From the NCBI RefSeq assembly GCF_009914755.1, contig NC_060938.1: a DNA stretch of 64,000 nucleotides. One strand, written 5' to 3'. A program made the translations under genes and the position numbers. A model generated the notes under the pieces. That model did not search any database. It was not told the DNA's origin and worked only from the letters and a program-made list of their open reading frames with translations. Origin of the DNA: the human T2T-CHM13v2.0 reference genome, Homo sapiens. This document shows, piece by piece, positions 62,873-64,000 of this stretch (position 1 is the stretch's first letter; each line of letters opens with the position of its first letter).

Positions 62873-63889
62873 TTACGTTTTGGCATGATTTTGCAGCGGC
62901 TGGTACCGGTTGTTCCTTTCCATGTTTAGTGCTTCCTTCAGGAGCTTTTTTAGGGCAGGCCTGGTGGTGACAAAATCTCTCAGCATTTGCTTGTCTGTAA
63001 AGTATTTTATTTCTCCTTCACTTATGAAGCTTAGTTTGGCTGGATATGAAATTCTGGGTTGAAAATTCTTGTCTTTAAGCATGTTGAATATTGGCCTCCA
63101 CTCTCTTCTGGCTTGTAGGGTTTCTGCCAAGAGATCCGCTGTTGGTCTGATGGGCTTCCCTTTGAGGGTAACCTGACCTTTCTCTCTCATTGCCCTTAAC
63201 ATTTTTTCCTTCATTTCAACTTTGGTGAATCTGACAATTATGTGTCTTGGAGTTGCTCTTCTCGAGGAGTATCTTTGTGGCGTTCTCTGTATTTCCTGAA
63301 TCTGAACGTTGGCCTGCCTTGCTAGATTGGGGAAGTTCTCCTGGATAATATCCTGCAGAGTGTTTTCCAACTTGGTTCCATTCTCCCCATCACTTTCAGG
63401 TACACCAATCAGACGTAGATTTGGTCTTTTCACATAGTCTCATATTTCTTGGAGACTTTGCTCGTTTCTTTTTATTCTTTTTTCTCTAAACTTCCCTTCT
63501 CACTTCATTTCATTCATTTCATCTTCCATTGCTGATACCCTTTCTTCCAGTTGATTGCATCGGCTCCTGAGGCTTCTGCATTCTTCACGTAGTTCTCGAG
63601 CCTTGGTTTTCAGCTCCATCAGCTCCTTTAAGCACTTCTCTGTATTGGTTATTCTAGTTATACATTCGTCTAAATTTTTTTCAAAGTTTTCAACTTCTTT
63701 GCCTTTGGTTTGAATGTCCTCCCGTAGCTCAGAGTAATTTGATCGTCTGAAGCCTTCTTCTCTCAGCTCGTCAAAGTCATTCTCCATCCAGCTTTGTTCC
63801 GTTGCTGGTGAGGAACTGCGTTCCTTTGGAGGAGGAGAGGTGCTCTGCTTTCTAGAGTTTCCAGTTTTTCTGTTCTGTTTTTTCCCCAT
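62873..63889 (-). pseudogene. L1 ORF1p with a premature stop at ~63500
   Basis: MGKKQNRKTGNSRKQS..EMNEMK* then KRPNLRLIGVPES..LQNHAKT. Confidence 0.92.
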
Positions 63890-64000
63890 CTTTGTGGTTT
63901 TATCTACTTTTGGTCTTTGATGATGGTGATGTACAGATGGGTTTTTGGTGTGGATGTCCTTTCTGTTTGTTAGTTTTCCTTCTAACAGACAGGACCCTCA

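Overview
Primate genomic DNA, most likely human (AluYa5 and an L1PA2-type element are present). It is AT-rich and dominated by interspersed repeats, consistent with an intron or intergenic region. No host protein-coding gene, tRNA or rRNA is recognisable, and essentially all long ORFs are LINE-1 remnants. The main elements are two full-length + strand L1s (L1PA5-like ~21352-27487; L1PA4-like 37669-43848) and a - strand L1PA2-like element (58422 to beyond 64000) carrying an AluYa5 and a short 3' transduction. Older L1M/L1PB fragments, solo LTRs (MLT1, THE1A, MLT2, MST, MER50-like, LTR40-like, MER11), DNA transposons (MER58B, MER5A, MER20), L2/MIR and microsatellites fill the rest. Family names come from my recall of consensus sequences, not from a search. 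I cannot support a new gene system here. The most notable unexplained signals are: (1) patchwork sharing of inactivating mutations between two independently inserted L1s of different subfamilies, suggesting ectopic gene conversion; (2) two abutting long hairpins at 9.0-9.1 kb, one pre-miRNA-sized; (3) a traceable 25-nt L1 3' transduction; (4) stuttered copies of a target-site duplication at an Alu 5' junction; (5) several templated-insertion scars; (6) an intact, extended antisense ORF0.
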